From: a virus
Virus record (IMG/VR): IMGVR_UViG_3300036799_000109
Coordinates: 5,172 to 69,171 of that record
Strand: one strand, 5' to 3'
Length of the DNA stretch: 64,000 nt
A program made the position numbers and the translations under genes. Shown here in pieces: positions 62,820-64,000 of this stretch. The notes under the pieces were generated by a model. The model made no database searches, had not been told where the DNA came from, and was given only the letters and a program-made list of their open reading frames with translations. Every line of letters starts with the position of its first letter. Within the stretch, counting starts at the first letter, position 1.

Positions 62820-63060
62820 CTGACCACCGCTCCCCGACAAGCTTGTCGTAGTCCGGCGCGACCACCACGAACGGGCCGGTCCCCTGAGCGAACTCCGGCC
62901 ATGACCACTTCTTTGAGCTGTATCGGAGGATCCGAAGCTCGGAGTTGATCGGTGTGCGCCACATCAGCATGGTGCCGACCGGTGGCTCAGGATCGCCCGC
63001 ACGGAGCACGGTGCCGACCGGCAGAACGCGCTGGCCGGGCTCAGGCACCACGACCCACAA
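62806..63060 (-). CDS. Hypothetical protein
   Basis: GDPEPPVGT..WSWPE; start uncertain. Confidence 0.45.
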   Translation of the reverse strand: MWVVVPEPGQRVLPVGTVLRAGDPEPPVGTMLMWRTPINSELRILRYSSKKWSWPEFAQGTGPFVVVAPDYDKLVGERWSDARP

Positions 63061-63265
63061 CCTGACGTCGGACCCAGAGCGCAGCGTCGTACGGCCAGGC
63101 GACTACCGCGAGGATGAACCCCAGCACTATGACGGCTGCCAGGGCAGGCTTGGGCGCGTTCCTGAAAGCGGGTTCCTGCTCGCCCTTGCGGTACCAGAAG
63201 ACGGCATTCGCCACGCCGCAGGCCAGATAGGTGGCGCTGAGAACGTTGAGCAGTGTGGGCGTCAC
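63041..63265 (-). CDS. Small 2-TM protein
   Basis: AAGGAG RBS. Confidence 0.6.
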   Translation of the reverse strand: MTPTLLNVLSATYLACGVANAVFWYRKGEQEPAFRNAPKPALAAVIVLGFILAVVAWPYDAALWVRRQVVGRGA

Positions 63266-63546
63266 GGTGTCTCCTTAGCCAGCTCAGAGAGGCGCCGCTC
63301 CTGGTCGGTGGCGGCGTCGTCGATCAGTCGCTCCAGCGCGCCGCGCACCACGGCAGCGATCGCAGGGAGTGAGCTGCCCTCGTCGGCCATGTGGTCGACC
63401 ACGGCGAAGAGAGCGTTCTCGGTGACCTTGATTGCCTGAAGCATGATGGGATCAGACCTGACCAGCTCGGCGGTGCGAGGCTGCTCACGGAGTCGGCGAC
63501 TCACCAGGTCGAGCACCAGGAGCACGCTGCTCTCTGAGGGACTCAT
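63262..63546 (-). CDS. Hypothetical protein
   Basis: GAGGAG RBS, start MSPSESS. Confidence 0.6.
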   Translation of the reverse strand: MSPSESSVLLVLDLVSRRLREQPRTAELVRSDPIMLQAIKVTENALFAVVDHMADEGSSLPAIAAVVRGALERLIDDAATDQERRLSELAKETP

Positions 63547-63818
63547 GGGGACTCCTCGATCAGCTCGGCGCAGGCCTCGCGGCCTTTGGTGGTGAGGGTG
63601 TAGTAGCGGCGGGGCGTGTAGTGGTCGGTCAGGGCAGCGGGGTCTTCTCGTCGGTCGGTCAGCCATTCCGCGTCGAGCAGACGGCTGAGCATCGGGTAGA
63701 GCACGCCGGGTGTGATGCCGGTGCGGCGGATGAGGTCGTACCCCCAGTGCTCCTCGTCTTGGTGTTCGAGGAGCACCGCGGCTACCGCTCGCAGGTTCTG
63801 TGTCCGTCGCTCGATCAT
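63543..63818 (-). CDS. PadR-family transcriptional regulator
   Basis: WGYDL..TGITPGVLYPMLSRL...RRYYTLTTKG. Confidence 0.85.
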   Translation of the reverse strand: MIERRTQNLRAVAAVLLEHQDEEHWGYDLIRRTGITPGVLYPMLSRLLDAEWLTDRREDPAALTDHYTPRRYYTLTTKGREACAELIEESP

Positions 63819-64000
63819 TGGGGCTCGCGTTCGTGCACGCGCCTATCCTATACGTATCGGGTAGAGAGTGGGCTGCTCCTCGCCTCATACTGAGCCGCGT
63901 GTCTGCGAGACCTGTGTTCCTGGCCTGACTGATGCACGCTCGCTACGCTCACGGCCGCCGATCCCAGCTCGGGTAGTAGCTTGCTGGGCTTGGCGCGCGG

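Noticed and set aside
1-64000. tRNA, rRNA or IS elements
   Set aside because: No cloverleaf, rRNA signature or transposase was recognised by eye; tRNAscan and ISEScan were not run.

Overview
High-GC actinomycete phage or phage-plasmid DNA with four parts. (1) 0.2-9.5 kb is a Streptomyces-type conjugation module: TraB-like FtsK translocase, GntR/UTRA TraR/Kor-like repressor and Spd-like membrane proteins. (2) 10-43 kb is a complete myovirus virion and lysis operon on the minus strand: TerL, portal, 2H-phosphoesterase-MuF fusion, protease/scaffold, capsid, sheath, tube, frameshifted tail chaperone, tape measure with SLT domain, baseplate, fibres, holin-like genes, nuclease and two lysins. (3) 43.2-47.7 kb is an island between terL and a terS-like gene. 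It holds a ~720-bp stretch with no CCA/CCC/CCG on either strand and two arrays of co-oriented CTCCAGGG repeats. (4) 47.8-64 kb is an early/accessory region of many small ORFs, with a Cre-like tyrosine recombinase, RNase H-like, NYN and PadR proteins, a shared promoter/operator motif and a gene split by an in-frame UGA followed by a SECIS-like hairpin. All calls are by-eye motif recognition; no database searches were run.
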